A DNA stretch of 64,000 nt, taken from the NCBI RefSeq assembly GCF_006345805.1, contig NC_043003.1, forward strand, positions 85,002,001-85,066,000, given 5' to 3'. Position numbers and translations under genes: made by a program. The notes beneath the pieces are model-generated. The model was not told where the DNA came from. It saw only the letters and a list, made by a program, of their open reading frames with translations, and ran no database searches. Shown here in pieces: positions 38,522-52,036 of the stretch (the first letter of the stretch is position 1; each line of letters opens with the position of its first letter). This DNA is from Octopus sinensis. Taxonomy: Eukaryota.

Positions 38522-38542
38522 CTGTAGTCTTTGCGGTAGTGG
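38522..38542 (-). CDS. Micro-exon (21 nt): (A)TTAKTT
   Basis: tatgtattttaaatattttcag|ccactaccgcaaagactacag|gtaagt; phase 1/1. Confidence 0.8.
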
Positions 38543-40277
38543 CTGAAAATATTTAAAATACATATTATTATACAAACGAATCTAATTGCAAATTCATATT
38601 CCGTAATAAATATTTGGAATATACTATATATCTTTTTATGATTACTCTTATAATTTCTGCAATCTCTTGCTATCGTTTATTTACAAACTAATTTACATAA
38701 TATAATTGACATGGAGGACTATATATTAAGATGAAAAGATATGTGCTTTCCAATAAAAATCGTTTAATGCATTAGCACTACCAAAAGCAATTGAAATGCA
38801 CTGACATAACTATGATAAGTCTATTTACCTCACCGTAAACATCGAGGAAAGGAACACGGCATATAATATACGCATTTCATATCAAATACATATTATTCGT
38901 TTTGTTAATTACATATTTCGAATAATGAGAAAAACACGACTTCCACATTTTGCAGATTGTTATCTCAGTTATTTACTTCAAGACCATGGTGGATCGACAT
39001 TGCAATATACAGTAACAGTACCATGCAGTTTAATTTATACAGAATTACAATGTAATGCTTTTATCAGATATTTCTAGATATTCATTTCCATATTGTCTGC
39101 TATTTATCATGAAAAAGTTATTAATAATCCAACATTAGAGCACCCAGAGATAAAGAATGTTCTGATTCATAGCGTGCACGTTGTCACTGATTGATACAAT
39201 ACTTCAACTGTTTCATTTTCGTTCAAGCGAAGTATAACTATAACTATTTCTTTTACATTATGAAACTATATACTAAATCTATGTTTGCTAACTGTAATTT
39301 ATAAACACTTAAATTTTAATACAATTTCAAAATGTGCGAAGATATGCACAATCTACACGCATGTGCGTGCAACTTTCTAATTACTTAATATTCATACTTT
39401 CTAACATTGTAATTTTCATTAATTTCACATCACCTAAAAATGATATCATTGATGATTACGGTAAGAGCTATCTATAAAATATATCTTTCACAAACTCGAT
39501 CAGATTTCATCACTCAAAATGTTTCTGGAAATTTCTATATTTCATGTCATTCATATAACCCTAAATACTGCATCATTTTCTGAATCCTTTTTACATCCTA
39601 CACATTTTCAGTTCCTGCTCGGATTAATTGACTAAACTCTATTATTATTTCTGTCATTATCTTCCGTTTATTATGCTAACCACATTCGAAACTACGACAT
39701 CATTTCCATGTCAGCAGCAAATATTTAATAGAGGTAATATTTGTAATGCATGTCATCTTTTGTTCCATAATGTTTTACCAAAGTTCAAACATTCTTACAC
39801 AATAATTTATACTTCAGTGTTTGACCAATGCAACAGGTAAAGTAAATTACAGATATGTATCAATATACAGCAACATACATCAATACTTATTGTTTCACAT
39901 AATTTTATGATATTTACAACGTTTCAAAACATAAATATATTCGTATCTTTATAATAGTTCGTAACGAAAATATGAAATGCTTCAAATATGGGCAGAGCTC
40001 GTGCAATTTTGTGGGAGATCAATTCAATCTTTTACGTTAGGCCAAATTGTTGAGCGTGACTATATTTTTCCGCCTGGCACGTGAGCTAATGCATTGATAA
40101 ACTTGCCGGCATTTCAACGCATACCGAAAAGAGACAGATGATGCTCCACTCAGCTTTTTGGTGACACGTTAAATATTCTGTCAGTTGCTTACCTCAAGAA
40201 TCTATCAATAAAGCGATGAATATTTTAATTGTAAAATTCATTGAAAATTAACTTATTTATATATGAGAATCACTTAC

Positions 40278-40298
40278 CTGTAGTCTTTGCGGTAGTGG
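40278..40298 (-). CDS. Micro-exon (21 nt): (A)TTAKTT
   Basis: Identical to the 38522 exon; splice sites intact. Confidence 0.8.
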
Positions 40299-42033
40299 CT
40301 GAAAATATTTAAAATACATATTATTATACAAACGAATCTAATTGCAAATTCATATTCCGTAATAAATATTTGGAATATACTATATATCTTTTTATGATTA
40401 CTCTTATAATTTCTGCAATCTCTTGCTATCGTTTATTTACAAACTAATTTACATAATATAATTGACATGGAGGACTATATATTAAGATGAAAAGATATGT
40501 GCTTTCCAATGAAAATCGTTTAATGCATTATCACTACCAACACCAATTGAAATGCACTGACATAACTATGATAAGTCTATTTACCTCACCGTAAACATCG
40601 AGGAAAGGAACACGGCATATAATATACGCATTTCATATCAAATACATATTATTCGTTTTGTTAATTACATATTTCGAATAATGAGAAAAACACGACTTCC
40701 ACATTTTGCAGATTGTTATCTCAGTTATTTACTTCAAGACCATGGTGGATCGACATTGCAATATACAGTAACAGTACCATGCAGTTTAATTTATACAGAA
40801 TTACAATGTAATGCTTTTATCAGATATTTCTAGATATTCATTTCCATATTGTCTGCTATTTATCATAAAAAAGTTATTAATAATCCAACATTAGAGCACC
40901 CAGAGATAAAGAATGTTCTGATTCATAGCGTGCACGTTGTCACTGATTGATACAATACTTCAACTGTTTCATTTTCGTTCAAGCGAAGTATAACTATAAC
41001 TATTTCTTTTACATTATGAAACTATATACTAAATCTATGTTTGCTAACTGTAATTTATAAACACTTAAATTTTAATACAATTTCAAAATGTGCGAAGATA
41101 TGCACAATCTACACGCATGTGCGTGCAACTTTCTAATTACTTAATATTCATACTTTCTAACATTGTAATTTTCATTAATTTCACATCACCTAAAAATGAT
41201 ATCATTGATGATTACGGTAAGAGCTATCTATAAAATATATCTTTCACAAACTCGATCAGATTTCATCACTCAAAATGTTTCTGGAAATTTCTATATTTCA
41301 TGTCATTCATATAACCCTAAATACTGCATCATTTTCTGAATCCTTTTTACATCCTACACATTTTCAGTTCCTGCTCGGATTAATTGACTAAACTCTATTA
41401 TTATTTCTGTCATTATCTTCCGTTTATTATGCTAACCACATTCGAAACTACGACATCATTTCCATGTCAGCAGCAAATATTTAATAGAGGTAATATTTGT
41501 AATGCATGTCATCTTTTGTTCCATAATGTTTTACCAAAGTTCAAACATTCTTACACAATAATTTATACTTCAGTGTTTGACCAATGCAACAGGTAAAGTA
41601 AATTACAGATATGTATCAATATACAGCAACATACATCAATACTTATTGTTTCACATAATTTTATGATATTTACAACGTTTCAAAACATAAATATATTCGT
41701 ATCTTTATAATAGTTCGTAACGAAAATATGAAATGCTTCAAATATGGGCAGAGCTCGTGCAATTTTGTGGGAGATCAATTCAATCTTTTACGTTAGGCCA
41801 AATTGTTGAGCGTGACTATATTTTTCCGCCTGGCACGTGAGCTAATGCATTGATAAACTTGCCGGCATTTCAACGCATACCGAAAAGAGACAGATGATGC
41901 TCCACTCAGCTTTTTGGTGACACGTTAAATATTCTGTCAGTTGCTTACCTCAAGAATCTATCAATAAAGCGATGAATATTTTAATTGTAAAATTCATTGA
42001 AAATTAACTTATTTATATATGAGAATCACTTAC

Positions 42034-42054
42034 CTGTAGTCTTTGCGGTAGTGG
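42034..42054 (-). CDS. Micro-exon (21 nt): (A)TTAKTT
   Basis: Identical to the 38522 exon; splice sites intact. Confidence 0.8.
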
Positions 42055-43789
42055 CTGAAAATATTTAAAATACATATTATTATACAAACGAATCTAATTG
42101 CAAATTCATATTCCGTAATAAATATTTGGAATATACTATATATCTTTTTATGATTACTCTTATAATTTCTGCAATCTCTTGCTATCGTTTATTTACAAAC
42201 TAATTTACATAATATAATTGACATGGAGGACTATATATTAAGATGAAAAGATATGTGCTTTCCAATGAAAATCGTTTAATGCATTATCACTACCAACACC
42301 AATTGAAATGCACTGACATAACTATGATAAGTCTATTTACCTCACCGTAAACATCGAGGAAAGGAACACGGCATATAATATACGCATTTCATATCAAATA
42401 CATATTATTCGTTTTGTTAATTACATATTTCGAATAATGAGAAAAACACGACTTCCACATTTTGCAGATTGTTATCTCAGTTATTTACTTCAAGACCATG
42501 GTGGATCGACATTGCAATATACAGTAACAGTACCATGCAGTTTAATTTATACAGAATTACAATGTAATGCTTTTATCAGATATTTCTAGATATTCATTTC
42601 CATATTGTCTGCTATTTATCATACAAAAGTTATTAATAATCCAACATTAGAGCACCCAGAGATAAAGAATGTTCTGATTCATAGCGTGCACGTTGTCACT
42701 GATTGATACAATACTTCAACTGTTTCATTTTCGTTCAAGCGAAGTATAACTATAACTATTTCTTTTACATTATGAAACTATATACTAAATCTATGTTTGC
42801 TAACTGTAATTTATAAACACTTAAATTTTAATACAATTTCAAAATGTGCGAAGATATGCACAATCTACACGCATGTGCGTGCAACTTTCTAATTACTTAA
42901 TATTCATACTTTCTAACATTGTAATTTTCATTAATTTCACATCACCTAAAAATGATATCATTGATGATTACGGTAAGAGCTATCTATAAAATATATCTTT
43001 CACAAACTCGATCAGATTTCATCACTCAAAATGTTTCTGGAAATTTCTATATTTCATGTCATTCATATAACCCTAAATACTGCATCATTTTCTGAATCCT
43101 TTTTACATCCTACACATTTTCAGTTCCTGCTCGGATTAATTGACTAAACTCTATTATTATTTCTGTCATTATCTTCCGTTTATTATGCTAACCACATTCG
43201 AAACTACGACATCATTTCCATGTCAGCAGCAAATATTTAATAGAGGTAATATTTGTAATGCATGTCATCTTTTGTTCCATAATGTTTTACCAAAGTTCAA
43301 ACATTCTTACACAATAATTTATACTTCAGTGTTTGACCAATGCAACAGGTAAAGTAAATTACAGATATGTATCAATATACAGCAACATACATCAATACTT
43401 ATTGTTTCACATAATTTTATGATATTTACAACGTTTCAAAACATAAATATATTCGTATCTTTATAATAGTTCGTAACGAAAATATGAAATGCTTCAAATA
43501 TGGGCAGAGCTCGTGCAATTTTGTGGGAGATCAATTCAATCTTTTACGTTAGGCCAAATTGTTGAGCGTGACTATATTTTTCCGCCTGGCACGTGAGCTA
43601 ATGCATTGATAAACTTGCCGGCATTTCAACGCATACCGAAAAGAGACAGATGATGCTCCACTCAGCTTTTTGGTGACACGTTAAATATTCTGTCAGTTGC
43701 TTACCTCAAGAATCTATCAATAAAGCGATGAATATTTTAATTGTAAAATTCATTGAAAATTAACTTATTTATATATGAGAATCACTTAC

Positions 43790-43810
43790 CTGTAGTCTTT
43801 GCGGTAGTGG
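43790..43810 (-). CDS. Micro-exon (21 nt): (A)TTAKTT
   Basis: Identical to the 38522 exon; splice sites intact. Confidence 0.8.
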
Positions 43811-45539
43811 CTGAAAATATTTAAAATACATATTATTATACAAACGAATCTAATTGCAAATTCATATTCCGTAATAAATATTTGGAATATACTATATATC
43901 TTTTTATGATTACTCTTATAATTTCTGCAATCTCTTGCTATCGTTTATTTACAAACTAATTTACATAATATAATTGACATGGAGGACTATATATTAAGAT
44001 GAAAAGATATGTGCTTTCCAATGAAAATCGTTTAATGCATTATCACTACCAACACCAATTGAAATGCACTGACATAACTATGATAAGTCTATTTACCTCA
44101 CCGTAAACATCGAGGAAAGGAACACGGCATATAATATACGCATTTCATATCAAATACATATTATTCGTTTTGTTAATTACATATTTCGAATAATGAGAAA
44201 AACACGACTTCCACATTTTGCAGATTGTTATCTCAGTTATTTACTTCAAGACCATGGTGGATCGACATTGCAATATACAGTAACAGTACCATGCAGTTTA
44301 ATTTATACAGAATTACAATGTAATGCTTTTATCAGATATTTCTAGATATTCATTTCCATATTGTCTGCTATTTATCATAAAAAAGTTATTAATAATCCAA
44401 CATTAGAGCACCCAGAGATAAAGAATGTTCTGATTCATAGCGTGCACGTTGTCACTGATTGATACAATACTTCAACTGTTTCATTTTCGTTCAAGCGAAG
44501 TATAACTATAACTATTTCTTTTACATTATGAAACTATATACTAAATCTATGTTTGCTAACTGTAATTTATAAACACTTAAATTTTAATACAATTTCAAAA
44601 TGTGCGAAGATATGCACAATCTACACGCATGTGCGTGCAACTTTCTAATTACTTAATATTCATACTTTCTAACATTGTAATTTTCATTAATTTCACATCA
44701 CCTAAAAATGATATCATTGATGATTACGGTAAGAGCTATCTATAAAATATATCTTTCACAAACTCGATCAGATTTCATCACTCAAAATGTTTCTGGAAAT
44801 TTCTATATTTCATGTCATTCATATAACCCTAAATACTGCATCATTTTCTGAATCCTTTTTACATCCTACACATTTTCAGTTCCTGCTCGGATTAATTGAC
44901 TAAACTCTATTATTATTTCTGTCATTATCTTCCGTTTATTATGCTAACCACATTCGAAACTACGACATCATTTCCATGTCAGCAGCAAATATTTAATAGA
45001 GGTAATATTTGTAATGCATGTCATCTTTTGTTCCATAATGTTTTACCAAAGTTCAAACATTCTTACACAATAATTTATACTTCAGTGTTTGACCAATGCA
45101 ACAGGTAAAGTAAATTACAGATATGTATCAATATACAGCAACATACATCAATACTTATTGTTTCACATAATTTTATGATATTTACAACGTTTCAAAACAT
45201 AAATATATTCGTATCTTTATAATAGTTCGTAACGAAAATATGAAATGCTTCAAATATGGGCAGAGCTCGTGCAATTTTGTGGGAGATCAATTCAATCTTT
45301 TACGTTAGGCCAAATTGTTGAGCGTGACTATATTTTTCCGCCTGGCACGTGAGCTAATGCATTGATAAACTTGCCGGCATTTCAACGCATACCGAAAAGA
45401 GACAGATGATGCTCCACTCAGCTTTTTGGTGACACGTTAAATATTCTGTCAGTTGCTTACCTCAAGAATCTATCAATAAAGCGATGAATATTTTAATTGT
45501 AAAATTCATTGAAAATTAACTTATATGAGAATCACTTAC

Positions 45540-45560
45540 CTGTAGTGTTGGTGACAGGGA
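45540..45560 (-). CDS. Micro-exon (21 nt): (V)PVTNTT
   Basis: atttccag|tccctgtcaccaacactacag|gtaagt; one nonsynonymous change from VPGTNTT. Confidence 0.8.
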
Positions 45561-47295
45561 CTGGAAATATTTAAAATACATATTATTATACAAACAAATC
45601 TAATTGCAAATTCATATTCCGTAATAAATATTTGGAATATACTATATATCTTTTTATGATTACTCTTATAATTTCTGCAATCTCTTGCTATCGTTTATTT
45701 ACAAACTAATTTACATAATATAATTGACATGGAGGACTATATATTAAGATGAAAAGATATGTGCTTTCCAATGAAAATCGTTTAATGCATTATCACTACC
45801 AACACCAATTGAAATGCACTGACATAACTATGATAAGTCTATTTACCTCACCGTAAACATCGAGGAAAGGAACACGGCATATAATATAAGCATTTCATAT
45901 CAAATACATATTATTCGTTTTGTTAATTACATATTTCGAATAATGAGAAAAAGACGACTTCCACATTTTGCAGATTGTTATCTCAGTTATTTACGTCAAG
46001 ACCATGGTGGATCGACATTGCAATATACAGTAACAGTAACATGCAGTTTAATTTATACAGAATTACAATGTAATGCTTTTATCAGATATTTCTAGATATT
46101 CATTTCCATATTGTCTGCTATTTATCATACAAAAGTTATTAATAATCCAACATTAGAGCACCCAGAGATAAAGAATGGTCTGATTCATAGCGTGCACGTT
46201 GTCACTGATTGATACAATACTTCAACTGTTTCATTTTCGTTCAAGCGAAGTATAACTATAACTATTTCTTTTACATTATGAAACTATATACTAAATCTAT
46301 GTTTGCTAACTGTTATTTATAAACACTTAAATTTTAATACAATTTCAAAATGTGCGAAGATATGCACAATCTACACGTATGTGCGTGCAGCTTTCTAATT
46401 ACTTAATATTCATACTTTCTAACATTGTAATTTTCATTAATTTCACATCACCTAAAAATGATATCATTGATGATTACGGTAAGAGCTATCTATAAAATAT
46501 ATCTTTCACAAACTCGATCAGATTTCATCACTCAAAATGTTTCTGGAAATTTCTATATTTCATGTCATTCATATAACCGTAAATACTGCATCATTTTCTG
46601 AATCCTTTTTACATCCTACACATTTTCAGTTCCTGCTCGGATTAATTGGCTAAACTCTATTATTATTTCTGTCATTATCTTCGCTTTATTATGCTAACCA
46701 CATTCGAAACTACGACATCATTTCCATGTCAGCAGCAAATATTTAATAGAGGTAATATTTGTAATGCATGTCATCTTTTGTTCCATAATGTTTTACCAAA
46801 GTTCAAACATTCTTACACAATAATTTATACTTCAGTGTTTGACCAATGCTACAGGTAAAGTAAATAACAGATATGTATCAATATACAGCAACATACATCA
46901 ATACTTATTGTTTCACGTAATTTTATAATATTTACAACGTTTCAAAACATAAATATTTTCGTATCTTTATAATAGTTCGTAACGAAAATATGAAATGCTT
47001 CAAATATGGGCAGAGGTCATGCAATTTTGTGGGAGATCAATTCAATCTTTTACGTTAGGCCAAATTGTTGAGCATGACCATAGTATTCTGCCTGGCACAG
47101 GAGCTAATACATTGATAAACTTGCCGGCATTTCAACGCATACCGAAAAGAGACAGATGATGCTCAACTCAGCATTTTGGCCACACGTTAAATATTCTGTC
47201 AGTTGCTTACCTCAAGAATCTATCAATAAAGCGATGAATATTTTAATTGTAAAATTCATTGAAAATTAACTTATTTATATATGAGAATCACTTAC

Positions 47296-47316
47296 CTGTA
47301 GTCTTTGCGGTAGTGG
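47296..47316 (-). CDS. Micro-exon (21 nt): (A)TTAKTT
   Basis: attttcag|ccactaccgcaaagactacag|gtaagt. Confidence 0.8.
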
Positions 47317-49038
47317 CTGAAAATATTTAAAATACATATTATTATACAAACGAATCTAATTGCAAATTCATATTCCGTAATAAATATTTGGAATATACTA
47401 TATATCTTTTTATGATTACTCTTATAATTTCTGCAATCTCTTGCTATCGTTTATTTACAAACTAATTTACATAATATAATTGACATGGAGGACTATATAT
47501 TAAGATGAAAAGATATGTGCTTTCCAATAAAAATCGTTTAATGCATTAGCACTACCAAAAGCAATTGAAATGCACTGACATAACTATGATAAGTCTATTT
47601 ACCTCACCTTAAATATCGAGGAAAGGAACACGGCATATAATATACGCATTTCATATCAAATATATATTATTCGTTTTGTTAATTACATATTTCGAATAAT
47701 GAGAAAAACACGACTTCCACATTTTGCAGATTGTTATCTCAGTTATTTGGTGGATCGACATTGCAATATACAGTAACAGTACCATGCAGTTTAATTTATA
47801 CAGAATTACAATGTAATGCTTTTATCAGATATTTCTAGATATTCATTTCCATATTGTCTGCTATTTATCATACAAAAGTTATTAATAATCCAACATTAGA
47901 GCACCCAGAGATAAAGAATGGTCCGATTCATAGCGTGCACGTTGTCACTGATTGATACAATACTTCAACTGTTTCATTTTCGTTCAAGCGAAGTATAACT
48001 AAAACTATTTCTTTTACATTATGAAACTATATACTAAATCTATGTTTGCTAACTGTAATTTATAAACACTTAAACTTCAATACAATTTGAAAATGTACGA
48101 CGATATGCACAATCTACACGCATGTGCGTGCAACTTTCTAATTACTTAATATTCATACTTTCTAACATTGTAATTTTCATTAATTTCACATCACCTAAAA
48201 ATGATATCATTGATGATTACGGTAAGAGCTATCTATAAAATATATCTTTCACAAACTCGATCAGATTTCATCACTCAAAATGTTTCTGGAAATTTCTATA
48301 TTTCATGTCATTCATATAACCCTAAATACTGCATCATTTTCTGAATCCTTTTTACATCCTACACATTTTCAGTTCCTGCTCGGATTAATTGACTAAACTC
48401 TATTATTATTTCTGTCATTATCTTCGCTTTATTATGCTAACCACATTCGAAACTACGACATCATTTCCATGTCAGCAGCAAATATTTAATAGAGGTAATA
48501 TTTGTAATGCATGTCATCTTTTGTTCCATAATGTTTTACCAAAGTTCAAACATTCTTACACAATAATTTATACTTCAGTGTTTGACCAATGCAACAGGTA
48601 AAGTAAATTACAGATATGTATCAATATACAGCAACATACATCAATACTTATTGTTTCACATAATTTTATGATATTTACAACGTTTCAAAACATAAATATA
48701 TTCGTATCTTTATAATAGTTCGTAACGAAAATATGAAATGCTTCAAATATGGGCAGAGCTCGTGCAATTTTGTGGGAGATCAATTCAATCTTTTACGTTA
48801 GGCCAAATTGTTGAGCGTGACTATATTTTTCCGCCTGGCACGTGAGCTAATGCATTGATAAACTTGCCGGCATTTCAACGCATACCGAAAAGAGACAGAT
48901 GATGCTCCACTCAGCTTTTTGGTGACACGTTAAATATTCTGTCAGTTGCTTACCTCAAGAATCTATCAATAAAGCGATGAATATTTTAATTGTAAAATTC
49001 ATTGAAAATTAACTTATTTATATATGAGAATCACTTAC

Positions 49039-49059
49039 CTGTAGTGTTGGTGCCAGGGA
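49039..49059 (-). CDS. Micro-exon (21 nt): (V)PGTNTT
   Basis: atttccag|tccctggcaccaacactacag|gtaagt. Confidence 0.8.
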
Positions 49060-50792
49060 CTGGAAATATTTAAAATACATATTATTATACAAACGAATCT
49101 AATTGCAAATTCATATTCCGTAATAAATATTTGGAACATACTATATATCTTTTTATGATTACTCTTATAATTTCTGCAATCGCTTGCTATCGTTTATTTA
49201 CAAACTAATTTACATAATATATTTGACATGGAGGACTATATATTAAGATGAAAAGATATGTGCTTTCCAATGAAAATCGTTTAATGCATTAGCACTACCA
49301 ACACCAATTGAAATGCACTGACATAACTATGATAAGTCTATTTACCTCACCGTAAACATCGAGGAAAGGAACACGGCATATAATATAAGCATTTCATATC
49401 AAATACATATTATTCGTTTTGTTAATTACATATTTCGAATAATGAGAAAAAGACGACTTCCACATTTTGCAGATTGTTATCTCAGTTATTTACGTCAAGA
49501 CCATGGTGGATCGACATTGCAATATACAGTAACAGTAACATGCAGTTTAATTTATACAGAATTACAATGTAATGCTTTTATCAGATATTTCTAGATATTC
49601 ATTTCCATATTGTCTGCTATTTATCATACAAAAGTTATTAATAATCCAACATTAGAGCACCCAGAGATAAAGAATGGTCTGATTCATAGCGTGCACGTTG
49701 TCACTGATTGATACAATACTTCAACTGTTTCATTTTCGTTCAAGCGAAGTATAACTATAACTATTTCTTTTACATTATGAAACTATATACTAAATCTATG
49801 TTTGCTAACTGTTATTTATAAACACTTAAATTTTAATACAATTTCAAAATGTGCGAAGATATGCACAATCTACACGTATGTGCGTGCAACTTTCTAATTA
49901 CTTAATATTCATACTTTCTAACATTGTAATTTTCATTAATTTCACATCACCTAAAAATGATATCATTGATGATTACGGTAAGAGCTATCTATAAAATATA
50001 TCTTTCACAAACTCGATCAGATTTCATCACTCAAAATGTTTCTGGAAATTTCTATATTTCATGTCATTCATATAACCGTAAATACTGCATCATTTTCTGA
50101 ATCCTTTTTACATCCTACACATTTTCAGATCCAGATCGGATTAATTGACTAAACTCTATTATTATTTCTGTCATTATCTTCCGTTTATTATACTAACCAC
50201 ATTCGAAACTGTGACATCATTTCCATGTCAGCAGCAAATATTTAATAGAGGTAATATTTGTAATGCATGTCATCTTTTGTTCCATAATGTTTTACCAAAG
50301 TTCAAACATTGTTACACAATAATTTATACTTAACTGTTTCACCAATGCAACAGGTAATGTAAAATACAGATACGTATCAATATATGGCAACATACATTAA
50401 TACTTATTCTTTCACATAATTTTTTAATATTTACAACGTTTCAAAACAAATATTTTCGTATCTTTATAATAGTTCGTACCGAAAATATGAAGTTCTTCAA
50501 AGATGGGCAGATGTCGTGCAATTTTGTGGGAGATCAATTCAATCTTTTACATTAGGCCAAATTGTTGGGCGTGACTATATTTTTCCGCCTGGCACAGGAG
50601 CTAATGCATTGATAATCTTCCCGGCATCTCAATGCATACCGAAAAGGGACAGATGATGCTCAACTCGGCATTTTGGCCACACATTAAATATACTGTCAAT
50701 TGTTTACCTCAAGAATTTATCATTTAAGCGATGAATATTTTAATTATAAAATTCTTTGAAAATTAACTTATTTATATATGAGCAACATTTAC

Positions 50793-50822
50793 CTCTTGCT
50801 CTTCCAGAAGTTGGGCCAGTGT
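50793..50822 (-). CDS. Micro-exon (30 nt): (D)TGPTSGRAR
   Basis: ggtattttaaatatttccag|acactggcccaacttctggaagagcaagag|gtaaat; phase 1/1. Confidence 0.72.
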
Positions 50823-52007
50823 CTGGAAATATTTAAAATACCTTTTATTACGTAAACATATCTGATCGCAAATTGATATTCGTAATATAAAGTTGGAATA
50901 TACTATATATCTTTTTATGTTTGCTCTAATAATATCTTCAATCGCTTGCTATCCCTTATTTCCGTACTACTTTATATATTATAATCGACATGGACGATAT
51001 ATATTAAGATGAAAAGATATGTGGTTTCCAATGAAAATCGTTTAATGCATAAGCACTACCAACACCAAACTGGGTGAGATTTCTTCACTTAAATCCATAC
51101 TTTGTAACTTTGTAATTTTCATTATTATCTCCTCTCTTGAAAATAAATTCATTGATGATTACAATAAGAGTTCCTGATGAAATATATCTTTCACATACTG
51201 GATGAGATTACTTCACTTACAATCTCCTAGAAAACTCTATATTTCATGCCATTCGCATAACCGTAAATACTTTATCATCAGCATTTCAATCAATTATTCA
51301 CCTGAGTATTATTACTCTTTACACAATTTCAGTTCTCGCTCTGCTTAATTATCTAAATCTATTATTATTATTATTGGCTTTCTATTCTATTCGTTACACC
51401 AACCAATTCCGAAACTGAGAAATCATGAGGATTCTCATGTCAGTAATAAATATTCATTAGAGACAATATTTGTGATATATGTCATCTGTTCCACGTAGTT
51501 TTGCCAAAGCTCAAAAAATTGTTTTACAATAATTTATATTTCAGTGTTTTCACCAAATCAACACGTAACACTTTTTGTAGTTAATTTCATATCTGTATCA
51601 ATATATAGCAACATACATCATTACTTATTGTTTGACTCCATTTTATAATATTTACAACATTTCAAATCATAAATATTTTCGTATTTTTTATAATAGGTCT
51701 TAATGAAAATATGAATTGCTTCAAATATGTGCACAGGTCCAACAATTTTGTGGAAGATACTGTTCAGTCGTTTACATTAGCCCATATATTTAAGTGTAAC
51801 TTAATTTTACCCTCTGGGACATGAGTTATTGCAATGATAATCTCGGCGGCATACAGAAAAGTGACAGATATCAAACTGCTCAGTATTTTGTTCGACGCGT
51901 TCAATATTCCGTCATGTGGTTACCTCAAGAATTTATCAATTAAACGATGAAGATTTTAATTATAAATTTCTTTGATTATTAAGATATTTATATAAGAACA
52001 TATTTAT

Positions 52008-52036
52008 CTTTTGCAGAGGTTTTATTAGCAGCAATT
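52008..52036 (-). pseudogene. Dead micro-exon (29 nt, donor GT>AT); remnant of x-IAANKTSAK
   Basis: tatgtattttatatatttctag|aattgctgctaataaaacctctgcaaaag|ataaat. The position is homologous to the other exons, but the donor is lost and the length is not a multiple of 3. Confidence 0.6.

Noticed and set aside
34720-50333. Ten copies of a 62-70 aa plus-strand ORF (MTKLYYYFCHYLPFIML...) with the array period
   Set aside because: They start at TTG rather than ATG, have stops in all frames just upstream after the nearest acceptor, show no recognisable domain, and one copy is truncated. They are antisense intron sequence copied with the unit.
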